Virus record (IMG/VR): IMGVR_UViG_3300009155_000236
Coordinates: 1 to 25,063 of that record
From: a virus
Lineage: Duplodnaviria; Caudoviricetes
Reading direction: 5' to 3' (one strand)
DNA length: 25,063 nucleotides
Shown: one piece after another, positions 8,017 to 16,265 of the stretch
Layout: the number at the start of each line of letters is the position of its first letter
How positions within the stretch are numbered: position 1 is the first letter of the stretch
Translations under genes and position numbers: made by a program
The notes under the pieces: generated by a model
Database searches by the model: none
What the model was told of the DNA's origin: nothing
Seen by the model: only the letters and a program-made list of their open reading frames with translations

Positions 8017-10446
8017 ATGCCAGATCAACCAACAATTACTTGCAAGTACGAAGCTGTAAAGTATGGAAACTTAACGTTCAACAGTTTCAACAAAGTAACA
8101 TTGAACCAACAGAACGTCTACACAGAAGATAACATGTTTGTAAAACATGTTAGGTGTACTCTCGAAGTAGACTTCATTATTACAAACGAAACAATCCAGT
8201 ACACAGAAAATGTATTCAACAACACACTTACAAGAGGTATCGATCTAGAAGTAGACTATATCCGTGAACAGTTACTCTCACCTAACAAAGAACTTATCTT
8301 GTACTATCATGGTGCAGGAACCAAGTTAAATATTGCTGGTCGTGCTATAAACAACACAGTTACATCTATTACAGGAGTACCGCCAAATCAAGGACAATCT
8401 AAAAATCCTTTAGCAGTAGTCTTCAATACTTTTGAAGGACCTTATCCTGAAGTACTAACTTGGGAACCGTTAGGAGCTAACAACGCAGCTAGGTGTAAAT
8501 GGCGATGCGTATTCAACATTCCTGTAGGACCTGTAAAAGTACCTCTAACATCAAATCCAGAAGATACTAACGTACTAACTAGATATTTAGGCGGTGATTA
8601 CATAGGCTCAAAAGAAATTAGAGATTACGCTAGAACTTATGCTGGACATAAGACGATGGCTGAATTAGTTGATAACTACTTAAAGACACTGTTTTCACCT
8701 GGAGCACCTGAAACAAATGCTATTGAAGAAACGTACTCAGCGTCTTTTTTAGTCTCACACACTGAAGAACAAGAATGCGAAATAGACGAAGACGGTACAG
8801 CAGTAGTTACGCTTACAGGAAACTTAGAGTTTTCTGGTAGCGGTTCTATGTTCAATAAGCTTAAAGAATCTCCAACAGCTATTCCAAGACTACTTCAATT
8901 TCTAAACCATTATTTTGAACCTTTGCATCCAACAGGGTTTACTCGTACTCAAAAATACAAATACAAAAAGACTAGACGAGAAATTGAGTACACCATAGTT
9001 GATCGTGAAATAAAAAGCGATAACCCAATACTTCCAAACATTGTAAAGGCATCTGTAAGCCATACTGTAAACTCTAATCTACTTGGAAGCGATCCATTTG
9101 AAGGTATGGGTTTCACTACTTGGAACAACACTTTTGAAGGGGAAATAACAGTACGTCCTGGTGTATGGAAAGGTTGGGCATGGATCGCTATGATGTGCAT
9201 TGTACGACAACGTATGCAACGTACTCAAGCATTCCAAGGCGAAGACTTTGCTTCTTTGAAAGATTCTATAAGTGGAATAGTCACTGATGTTTTAGGTAAC
9301 GGAGATGCTCAAGTAAAACCTAGACACTTACTGCATAAGATATCTATTAAAGAAAACATATACACACGTGAAGTAAACTTTAGTTTAAGCTACATGACCA
9401 TTCACAACTTGAATTCTTTATTTTTGTATACCGGTCTTTTCTTTCCAGTACATATTGCATGGAACGGAACTAACGCAACTAACATAGGAGATGTTCCTAA
9501 AGGTGATGCTCTATACCAAACTTTAGACTACAACCAGCAATGGGGTATGTCTAGAGAGTTTATGGCAAACACTCAAAACGTGTTTGGGTACCGAGGTCCA
9601 TTACTCCCAGGATACGACATACTATTCAATCCTTATGACGGAGAAGACCCTAACCGTTTTAAAAACTCTCTAGCACTTAATAACCCAGAACGTAAAATAG
9701 TGAGCCCAGACACTACTGTAAACTTTGTGCAAGATTCAGCAAACGTACATACTTTTGCAGAACGTAGAAGAAACGCTCATTACTCAACTTATGACGGGCT
9801 ATCTTTTCCTAGTCCAAACAACTTAGAAACTTTTGGCGGACCATCCCCTGTAAAAGAAGCTGTTGGAAACGGTAATCGTAACAATACACCAGCTAATCAA
9901 TACAAGTCTCACAATCCATCACAAGATACCTCTTACCTTAAAGACATAGATCCAAAAGATACATGGTTATCCTACGATACAAAGTTCATAATACATCGTG
10001 AAGAAAACTCAGTCATGTTTCCATCAATCCAACCTCAGCTAGCAAGTACACGCCAAAACACAGAGATACCTTACAGTACTCAGAAAGATTGGAAAGGATA
10101 CTCTATAAATGGTGCTACTAATACAGAAGCAACGCTTTCAGGCTATGAGTATAGTGGTATCCAAGCGTTTGGACAACCTGTTACGTACATCCAATTTACC
10201 GGTAGAGCTATGCGAGCAGGATATAGCATTCCTTGCCCAGTTCTGGTAGGATGTAAAAATCCTGAAGGCAGTACTATCGTTCCTGCTTTCCGGGTAGGAC
10301 GCTCCCAATTCACTTGTTACCAAGCAAACAAATCATCAGATATGCCGATCTTCCAAGCATCTTGGAATGTCATGTACGCATTGAAAGGTGATCCGTCTTG
10401 TCAAAGCATTGGATTCGAAGCTAACCGTTCCAATAGATTCGCTTAA
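8017..10446 (+). CDS. Large virion structural protein (possible tail tip/hub component)
   Basis: 809 aa, beta-strand-like composition, AAAGGT RBS, directly after the tape-measure-like gene. No family recognised. Confidence 0.55.
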   Translation: MPDQPTITCKYEAVKYGNLTFNSFNKVTLNQQNVYTEDNMFVKHVRCTLEVDFIITNETIQYTENVFNNTLTRGIDLEVDYIREQLLSPNKELILYYHGAGTKLNIAGRAINNTVTSITGVPPNQGQSKNPLAVVFNTFEGPYPEVLTWEPLGANNAARCKWRCVFNIPVGPVKVPLTSNPEDTNVLTRYLGGDYIGSKEIRDYARTYAGHKTMAELVDNYLKTLFSPGAPETNAIEETYSASFLVSHTEEQECEIDEDGTAVVTLTGNLEFSGSGSMFNKLKESPTAIPRLLQFLNHYFEPLHPTGFTRTQKYKYKKTRREIEYTIVDREIKSDNPILPNIVKASVSHTVNSNLLGSDPFEGMGFTTWNNTFEGEITVRPGVWKGWAWIAMMCIVRQRMQRTQAFQGEDFASLKDSISGIVTDVLGNGDAQVKPRHLLHKISIKENIYTREVNFSLSYMTIHNLNSLFLYTGLFFPVHIAWNGTNATNIGDVPKGDALYQTLDYNQQWGMSREFMANTQNVFGYRGPLLPGYDILFNPYDGEDPNRFKNSLALNNPERKIVSPDTTVNFVQDSANVHTFAERRRNAHYSTYDGLSFPSPNNLETFGGPSPVKEAVGNGNRNNTPANQYKSHNPSQDTSYLKDIDPKDTWLSYDTKFIIHREENSVMFPSIQPQLASTRQNTEIPYSTQKDWKGYSINGATNTEATLSGYEYSGIQAFGQPVTYIQFTGRAMRAGYSIPCPVLVGCKNPEGSTIVPAFRVGRSQFTCYQANKSSDMPIFQASWNVMYALKGDPSCQSIGFEANRSNRFA

Positions 10447-10477
10447 CTTTTATTCCTCCTTTCCAGAAAGAACTAAC

Positions 10478-10816
10478 ATGGCTACTTTCCAACTTCCAAC
10501 ACCAGAAGAATGTGAACTCGAAATTACCGACCCCAAAGACGGTAAGGTAATCTGTACCGTAGACTGTCTAGACGTTGTAAGACTGCGAGAACAAGCTATC
10601 CAAGACGCTGACAAACTAGGTGTAGATGATTTCTGGGAAATCATGCTCGATAAGTTTGAAGCTAAATACGGTCTTGGTATCACTCATAAAGCAATTCTAT
10701 TAGCTTTGTATTCAGAAGCTAATGATATGCTCATGGAAATTAAAAAAAAATCATCCCCATTGCTGAGGCAGTTAGATTCTATGGCCTCCCAAACGGATGG
10801 GGAGTCCGAGAGCTAA
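10478..10816 (+). CDS. Tail assembly chaperone (lambda gpG-like), 112 aa
   Basis: ATG at 10478 after AGAAAG. Acidic helical protein with EIKKK on an A9 run (10742-10750) followed by a short tail, as is typical of frameshifting TAC genes. Confidence 0.65.
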   Translation: MATFQLPTPEECELEITDPKDGKVICTVDCLDVVRLREQAIQDADKLGVDDFWEIMLDKFEAKYGLGITHKAILLALYSEANDMLMEIKKKSSPLLRQLDSMASQTDGESES

Positions 10817-11001
10817 GCCTTTTATCTCTAGCTATACCAGTAGTACAGGCTAGAGAAAAACTAGAAAGTCTATACAGTTATAACGCAAGCAACATTGGTC
10901 AATTACACTTCCAAGCATTTGGCGACGAAGAGTTAGCTAATAAGTTGCAAAATAATTGGTTAATGCAAGACAGTGAAGAACAAAGTAGGAGATTGAAATA
11001 G
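10478..11001 (+). CDS. Extended tail assembly chaperone (gpGT-like) by -1 frameshift at A9 10742-10750, about 174 aa
   Basis: The -1 frame from 10750 is open for 83 codons (IIPIAEAVRFYGLPNGWGVRELSLLSLAIPVVQAREKLE...EEQSRRLK) to TAG at 10999-11001. It exactly fills the gap to the portal GTG at 11001. Confidence 0.7.
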
Positions 11002-12275
11002 TGACTCATACCAAACCAGTATCTTCTGTAGAAGAAATGCTTACTAGTTATGCTAGTAGTCCTATACATACGCTTGCCAATACTTCACCGTTACCACTGT
11101 ACGATCCTCAGTACGGCCATAACATTCCAATGTTTAATAGAACGACCATTCCCGTAATGATGCGGGATGGTCGTATTCGATTCGGTCTTCAAATGCTAAA
11201 AGGACCAATCCAGTACAACACAGTTTTTATGTCAGCAGAAAAAAGTAAAAGTCCAGCACTTATTGACTTGCTAAAAGCTAATGGTGCAAACTTTATGTAT
11301 AAAGTAACTGCTACTGATCCTAAAATTGAAGAGTTCGTACTTCAAACTCTAAAACGCTTTTGGACTCTAGGATTAGATGAAGCATTGACTGCTATTGAAT
11401 GGGGATTCTCCTGCAATCAAGTAGTGTACAAAAAAGATGAAGATGGAATGGTCCAGTATGACTACTTAAAGAACTACAACACTGAATCGGTAAATCCACT
11501 CTTCCTTGATAGCCAACTTGTAGGCTCTAGAATAAAAGGCGTTCCCAACTACCCTAATGGAGTAGACTTACTATTTCCTAAAGTGCTATGGCATATTCAT
11601 AATCGTAAACACAATTCTGTATTTGGACAATCTCGATTAGAATGGTGTTCTATTCCTTGGCACGAATCTTACGTATGCTATGGGGCACGTGACATTAGAC
11701 GTACTTGGTTCATCAAGAATGCATTTGATGGTGGAGAAATGCGATACCCTATCGGTAAAACCAAAGTTGGAGAGCAAGAGATAGACAACCTAACCTTAGC
11801 AGTACAAATGATGTCTAACATGCGTACTGGTGGTTACAGAGTGTTTCCAGACGATATCAACGCTGCATCAGGCCAACAAAAATGGGGGTACACTCCACCA
11901 GCAGCAAACATTACTCCAAACGGACTTATGGAGTACCCACGAGAACTACGTTACGAAATTTTAGAAGCACTAGGCATTCCACCTGAAGTTGCTGAATCTC
12001 AAGGTGATAACACTATGGGTTCTGCAACTGGTCGTAAAGTCCCTATGATGCTTTACTACAGTACCCTAGCTCACTTATCAGACCAAGTTATCTATGACTT
12101 TACTATGCAAGTACTCAACTATCTAGTACTTGTAAATTTCAAAACTAAAAGATACAAAGTAGAACGTGTATCCTTAGAAGATGCAGAAATATCTTCTGAG
12201 ATAAACAGTATTCCAAAAGGTGGTACTCAAGATTTAGTTAGTCAAACTGAAGAAGACACAGGATTGACAATCTAA
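11001..12275 (+). CDS. Portal protein, Mu gp29 / DUF935-like
   Basis: 424 aa with MMRDGRIRFGLQMLK, ALTAIEWGFSCNQVVY and NSVFGQSRLEWCSIPW, corresponding to the DUF935 'M..D..I', 'A..YGFS..E..W' and 'PYG.GLL...YW' blocks. AGGAG RBS at 10987-10991. Confidence 0.75.
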   Translation: MTHTKPVSSVEEMLTSYASSPIHTLANTSPLPLYDPQYGHNIPMFNRTTIPVMMRDGRIRFGLQMLKGPIQYNTVFMSAEKSKSPALIDLLKANGANFMYKVTATDPKIEEFVLQTLKRFWTLGLDEALTAIEWGFSCNQVVYKKDEDGMVQYDYLKNYNTESVNPLFLDSQLVGSRIKGVPNYPNGVDLLFPKVLWHIHNRKHNSVFGQSRLEWCSIPWHESYVCYGARDIRRTWFIKNAFDGGEMRYPIGKTKVGEQEIDNLTLAVQMMSNMRTGGYRVFPDDINAASGQQKWGYTPPAANITPNGLMEYPRELRYEILEALGIPPEVAESQGDNTMGSATGRKVPMMLYYSTLAHLSDQVIYDFTMQVLNYLVLVNFKTKRYKVERVSLEDAEISSEINSIPKGGTQDLVSQTEEDTGLTI

Positions 12276-12303
12276 TAAATTCCACATTGCACAGAGGTAT
12301 ATC

Positions 12304-13830
12304 GTGTTCAAGATAGCTATAACAGATACAAGGGCAGGCCAAGCAACTAAGTTCATCCAAGTTAAAGACCATAGTTATTTAGCTAACCATTTAGAAAATA
12401 TTGGAATAGCTCTTGAAGAAATAAACTTCTTTACTTGGCAAGCATTTCCAAATCGTAGCTACGGTAAATTTCTAGTATCCGAGCTAGAATGGATTCAAAT
12501 TATTGGAACGCCTAACTCAGATAATCGCAAAGCTAAACTTGTAATAGAAGACGCTGATAACAGTAAAGAATTTACTAACTTAGATATAGTTAGTACTGCT
12601 GCTATTATGTCACCAATCTACCCAACTGGAATTACAGGACAAGACGGTTCTAGGATACTCGTTCTTGAAGTAGAGCATACAGCAAGTAAGTACCACAAGC
12701 ACAACCGAGTATACAAGCAGTATCAAACATACACTGATGTAGCAAGCGAGTTCAAAAATGAAAATCCACAGCTACGCATACCTCAAGTATTCAATCAGCA
12801 CGTAATCTCAGATGTTCCATTGATCGAGTACTTAGCCTATGTAGCAGCCTCCAATTTCTTTACCGTATTCCTCCCTCCAGGAGAATCGTTGCCTAAGCTT
12901 ACTGATTCTAAGTTTACATTTCCAAGTACTGTTCAACTACTCTACAATAAGTCATTTAGCTTAGCTAAAGCTTTAAAGTATAAAGTAATACTTAAAGATG
13001 ATAGAGACTGTGAAGCAATGGACGGATCGTTAGGTACTGGATCGTGCAAAACAACGTATTACGAGTCCCAAGCAACACAGATAACCCTTTCAGATAACAT
13101 CTACAAATCGTCTATAAATGCAAATACTGATATCGATAACATTAAAGTAGTAATTCCATACGCACTTATAAATCATATAGCCGAAGATTTATCGTCTGGT
13201 TCTGCTACTGCCGAAGTAAACGCATTTGCAACTGATATCGAACCTAACGCTAGAACTAGGCTTCTACGAGTAATAGATGTTACGTATCAAGGTTTAGTTC
13301 CTGGAAGTATAACGAATGATATTCAATCAATTACTTATTACTTCCAAAATAAAGAGTACGGACTTAGAACTAGACTAAAATCCATACCTTGGGAAATGCC
13401 TAGTTCTCAAGGATGGCTACATACTCTTGCTGGAACAGATAAAATGTATGAAGCAGTTCTACTTACAAACATGGTTCCTAATGGTACAAGTGGAGAGTAC
13501 ACAGCTAACGCCGTAATACGTAACATGAACGGCAAACTTGTAGAGATATCTAGTTTTGTATTTGATAGAACTGGAATTTTTACAAACTTAAAACTAGGAA
13601 CAATAGTTCAAGTCTATAGAGAATCGTCAAATTGCAGATTCCACATAACACAATCAGCATGTCCTACTGGAAATCCTGTAACGACACAAGGAAAATGCTG
13701 TGTAACATTTTCAATAGAGAACGGTCCAACTAGAAATTACTGTATAGAAACAACGCAACTAGTTTGTCAAAGATTAGGTGGTAGTTGGACTTCAGGACAA
13801 AACTGTAACGGCAATCCTTACTGCGAGTAA
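12304..13830 (+). CDS. Tail-associated protein with a C-terminal Cys-rich module
   Basis: 508 aa, GTG start with GAGGT RBS. 8 of its 10 Cys fall in the last ~65 aa, including GKCC...C...T...C...GGSW..GQNC..NPYC. Confidence 0.6.
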   Translation: MFKIAITDTRAGQATKFIQVKDHSYLANHLENIGIALEEINFFTWQAFPNRSYGKFLVSELEWIQIIGTPNSDNRKAKLVIEDADNSKEFTNLDIVSTAAIMSPIYPTGITGQDGSRILVLEVEHTASKYHKHNRVYKQYQTYTDVASEFKNENPQLRIPQVFNQHVISDVPLIEYLAYVAASNFFTVFLPPGESLPKLTDSKFTFPSTVQLLYNKSFSLAKALKYKVILKDDRDCEAMDGSLGTGSCKTTYYESQATQITLSDNIYKSSINANTDIDNIKVVIPYALINHIAEDLSSGSATAEVNAFATDIEPNARTRLLRVIDVTYQGLVPGSITNDIQSITYYFQNKEYGLRTRLKSIPWEMPSSQGWLHTLAGTDKMYEAVLLTNMVPNGTSGEYTANAVIRNMNGKLVEISSFVFDRTGIFTNLKLGTIVQVYRESSNCRFHITQSACPTGNPVTTQGKCCVTFSIENGPTRNYCIETTQLVCQRLGGSWTSGQNCNGNPYCE

Positions 13831-13835
13831 CAATA

Positions 13836-15167
13836 ATGGGATGGTTTCCTTGCGAATGTTGTGGTTGTGACTGCTTAACCTTAGAACAATTACCTTCAAT
13901 TACAATAGAAGGTATGACCGGCGGTTCGTGGGAACAAAGTACTTGTTGTTGGACAAAAACATTTACGTTCAATACGGCACAAACAACAACTACAACTTGC
14001 CTACCGTCGCATAGCATACAATCGTTTCAAACTGACGTAAAAGCTAACATATACATTACTAACGCCGCAACTCCACCAACATTTACTAGCGAACAGTCTT
14101 TTCCACTACCTTTACAGTATTGTTGTGAATCAGGAAAAAATTTAATAGGATCTCTTGAAGCATCTTGTGGAGAGTCTATAGAACAAAAAGTTAAAGTAAG
14201 TTATCGTAGAAAAAAAGTTCAAGTAAGATTAAGCCGACAAAATATAACTTGTAACGGAGTAGACTCTTGTAAACTAGTACTATCTACTAGTTACGTGTAT
14301 GAGTACGGATTTCTTCCATTAACTAAGTACACAAGTACAGGTTCACTTGCAGTAACAGCAGCATCAGGATTAACTTGCTTTGAACAAAATACATCATCAG
14401 GTATACTGCCATGTAGTGGAAGCTATTCAAATACAAGTGGAGACTTTGACTGTACTACTCCTACGGCATTTTCTGCTGAATACGCTTTTACAAGAGTCAA
14501 ATTTTACGACGCTTGGCCTACTGGTACAGTTACAATTAACAATTCATCAATTCCTGAATCTGGATGTACAATACCACTTTGCAACAATACAAACTATGAA
14601 ACTCAATTATGTTTATCCGCTACTGGTTCTGATTGCACTTACTCTTGTCCTCCAATGGAGCTAGTAGAACAATCATGGCGACCACTCAATAGTTGTGCAA
14701 ATCTTCAAACACAATACGTTTATCAAGGTTGTAATACACCGTTTCCTACAGTAGATTTCTACACTGACGATCAACCTGACTTTAGATTATGTCCACAACA
14801 AACAAGAACAGCACTAAAGCTTCCTTCTTCTACTCCAGATAACCAGTGTAATTCAAATCGCTACCCTGCTTGCTATTACGGAGGTAGCACACAAAATTCT
14901 AGTAGTTTAGCATTACAAATTCCTTCCTACTTTGGTTCGTTAAGTAGCACGTTAATTCCTCCTTGGTTTTCTTACTACTGCATATCGCCTAAAAATCCAG
15001 GACCTAGTTCATGCTACTATTCAGACCCTTGCGGCAATCCATTTTTTGCATTTAAATACGGCCAAAGTTTTGGCGATGTAACTGACTATAACTACACAAA
15101 TGTCTGTACCAATACTACTCAAAACCTTTGCATTCAAGCTCCAACATGGACGATAACATTCGCGTAA
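13836..15167 (+). CDS. Cysteine-rich virion protein (putative tail fibre / receptor-binding protein)
   Basis: 443 aa with 31 Cys by hand count (~7%), N-terminal PCECCGCDC, Thr/Ser-rich, no signal peptide. At the end of the tail module. Confidence 0.6.
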   Translation: MGWFPCECCGCDCLTLEQLPSITIEGMTGGSWEQSTCCWTKTFTFNTAQTTTTTCLPSHSIQSFQTDVKANIYITNAATPPTFTSEQSFPLPLQYCCESGKNLIGSLEASCGESIEQKVKVSYRRKKVQVRLSRQNITCNGVDSCKLVLSTSYVYEYGFLPLTKYTSTGSLAVTAASGLTCFEQNTSSGILPCSGSYSNTSGDFDCTTPTAFSAEYAFTRVKFYDAWPTGTVTINNSSIPESGCTIPLCNNTNYETQLCLSATGSDCTYSCPPMELVEQSWRPLNSCANLQTQYVYQGCNTPFPTVDFYTDDQPDFRLCPQQTRTALKLPSSTPDNQCNSNRYPACYYGGSTQNSSSLALQIPSYFGSLSSTLIPPWFSYYCISPKNPGPSSCYYSDPCGNPFFAFKYGQSFGDVTDYNYTNVCTNTTQNLCIQAPTWTITFA

Positions 15168-15583
15168 AAACAATAGAACTTATTTCTGGAACAGTTGGCA
15201 CTACAACTGTAACATACTCAGAAAAAGGTAATAGTACGTTAAAACAAGAACTAGATGGCCAAAAAGATATTACCCAACAAGGTCGTGCATCTTGGGCATT
15301 TAAACATTCCTACCTAGGATGCGATCCTCAATGGCACGAACTTTGGGAAACAACAATACCAAAAGGAATTTGTGGCTGCTCTGAGAATTACTCTAAACTA
15401 AAAGCTATGCATCCCCCTGATTTTTCTTCTCCAGAAAAATATTTTTTGTGGGGACATAAGCTACACAATTTAGTAAACATAGAATTAGGAAAGTCTTTAA
15501 CTACTGTTGAAGAAGCAATGCGCTTATGGAATAGAACTGACATTATTTTATCGACCGATCAATTACAATTACATCTTTACTAA
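15146..15583 (+). CDS. Erv1/ALR-family FAD-linked sulfhydryl oxidase (CxC variant)
   Basis: GRASWAFKHSY ... IPKGICGCSENYSKL ... PPDFSSPEKYFLWGHKLHNLVNIELGK ... EEAMRLW aligns with the Erv/ALR signature G-R-x-x-W-x-x-x-H ... PCxxC ... W-x-x-x-x-H-N-x-V-N-x-x-L-G-K ... W. ATG 15146 is preferred over TTG 15128. Confidence 0.8.
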   Translation: MDDNIRVKTIELISGTVGTTTVTYSEKGNSTLKQELDGQKDITQQGRASWAFKHSYLGCDPQWHELWETTIPKGICGCSENYSKLKAMHPPDFSSPEKYFLWGHKLHNLVNIELGKSLTTVEEAMRLWNRTDIILSTDQLQLHLY

Positions 15584-15598
15584 AATCGGCAGTACTTT

Positions 15599-15880
15599 AT
15601 GAATACTCCAAAGCCTCAACTTGGTGACATACTCCTAGGTCTTATCAGTAAGCATATTGTTGTAACAAACCAAGACAGTCTTTGCTGTAACTTAGTAACT
15701 GTTTTGAACGCTTGGGGACCGTACTTAGCCAAACGGCACGTACCTAGTATCATTCAAATAATGAAAATGCAACCAGAGTACAAACCGTTCGAACAAAGAA
15801 ACGTCGATAGGTTACTATTTCTATTTGTCAAAAAAGCTATTAGAAAATCCCTACTTGACACTAGAAGCACAATCAGCTAA
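15599..15880 (+). CDS. Small helical hypothetical protein with a vicinal CC
   Basis: 93 aa (LGDILLGLI...SLCCNLVTVLNAWG...). Begins 15 nt after the sulfhydryl oxidase. Confidence 0.6.
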   Translation: MNTPKPQLGDILLGLISKHIVVTNQDSLCCNLVTVLNAWGPYLAKRHVPSIIQIMKMQPEYKPFEQRNVDRLLFLFVKKAIRKSLLDTRSTIS

Positions 15881-15883
15881 ACT
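15855..15883 (+). promoter_or_regulatory. Sigma70-type promoter for the small basic protein cluster
   Basis: TTGACA (15855-15860), 17-nt spacer, TAAACT (15878-15883). Downstream AAGGA RBS and ATG at 15934. Confidence 0.65.
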
Positions 15884-15933
15884 TTACTTACTACTGCCGG
15901 ATCTATCACTACCTCCTAAAAAGGAACAGAACA

Positions 15934-16092
15934 ATGCGAGAGAAAAAATGTAATGATCGACAGATGATTTCAAAAAACATTCGAAAAGAAATGAGAGCAG
16001 GTAAGCCACAGAAACAAGCGATAGCAATTTCTATGAGCAAAGCAGGAATGTCTAAAGGAAGTTCAAAAGCAAAGAAAGGCAAATCTCGATGA
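15934..16092 (+). CDS. Small Lys-rich phage protein, 52 aa (not in ORF track)
   Basis: MREKKCNDRQMISKNIRKEMRAGKPQKQAIAISMSKAGMSKGSSKAKKGKSR. I recognise 'IS.NI..EM.AGKPQKQA.AIA' as a widespread small phage protein motif. AAGGA RBS present. Confidence 0.8.
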   Translation: MREKKCNDRQMISKNIRKEMRAGKPQKQAIAISMSKAGMSKGSSKAKKGKSR

Positions 16093-16265
16093 AAAAATCT
16101 AGATGTTGGAAAGGTTACGAACCCGTAAAAAGTAAAGCACCTTATAGCGATAATAGTTGCAAAAAGTCTTCGTCCAAACAACCAAAGAAAGTTAGCAAAT
16201 CATCATGGCAAAAAAATCAGAAGCTTGGCAGCGTAAAGAAGGGAAGAATGCAAAGGGAGGATTAA
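16089..16265 (+). CDS. Small basic protein with a CWKGY...C motif, 58 aa (not in ORF track)
   Basis: MKKSRCWKGYEPVKSKAPYSDNSCKKSS...; ATGA start/stop overlap with the previous gene. CWxGY-x(13)-C is a recurrent phage mini-domain. Confidence 0.7.
   Translation: MKKSRCWKGYEPVKSKAPYSDNSCKKSSSKQPKKVSKSSWQKNQKLGSVKKGRMQRED

Noticed and set aside
10388-10477. N-terminal extensions given by the ORF track (10388, and likewise 15128, 17351, 20032, 23081)
   Set aside because: Most overlap upstream genes and/or use GTG/TTG starts without an RBS. Downstream ATGs (10478, 15146, 17447, 20053, 23096) fit RBS position or stop/start coupling better.
12264-12292. TTGACA at the end of the portal gene as a sigma70 -35
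   Set aside because: No acceptable -10 at 16-18 nt spacing (TTGCAC at 17). The adjacent 19-bp element explains the region better.
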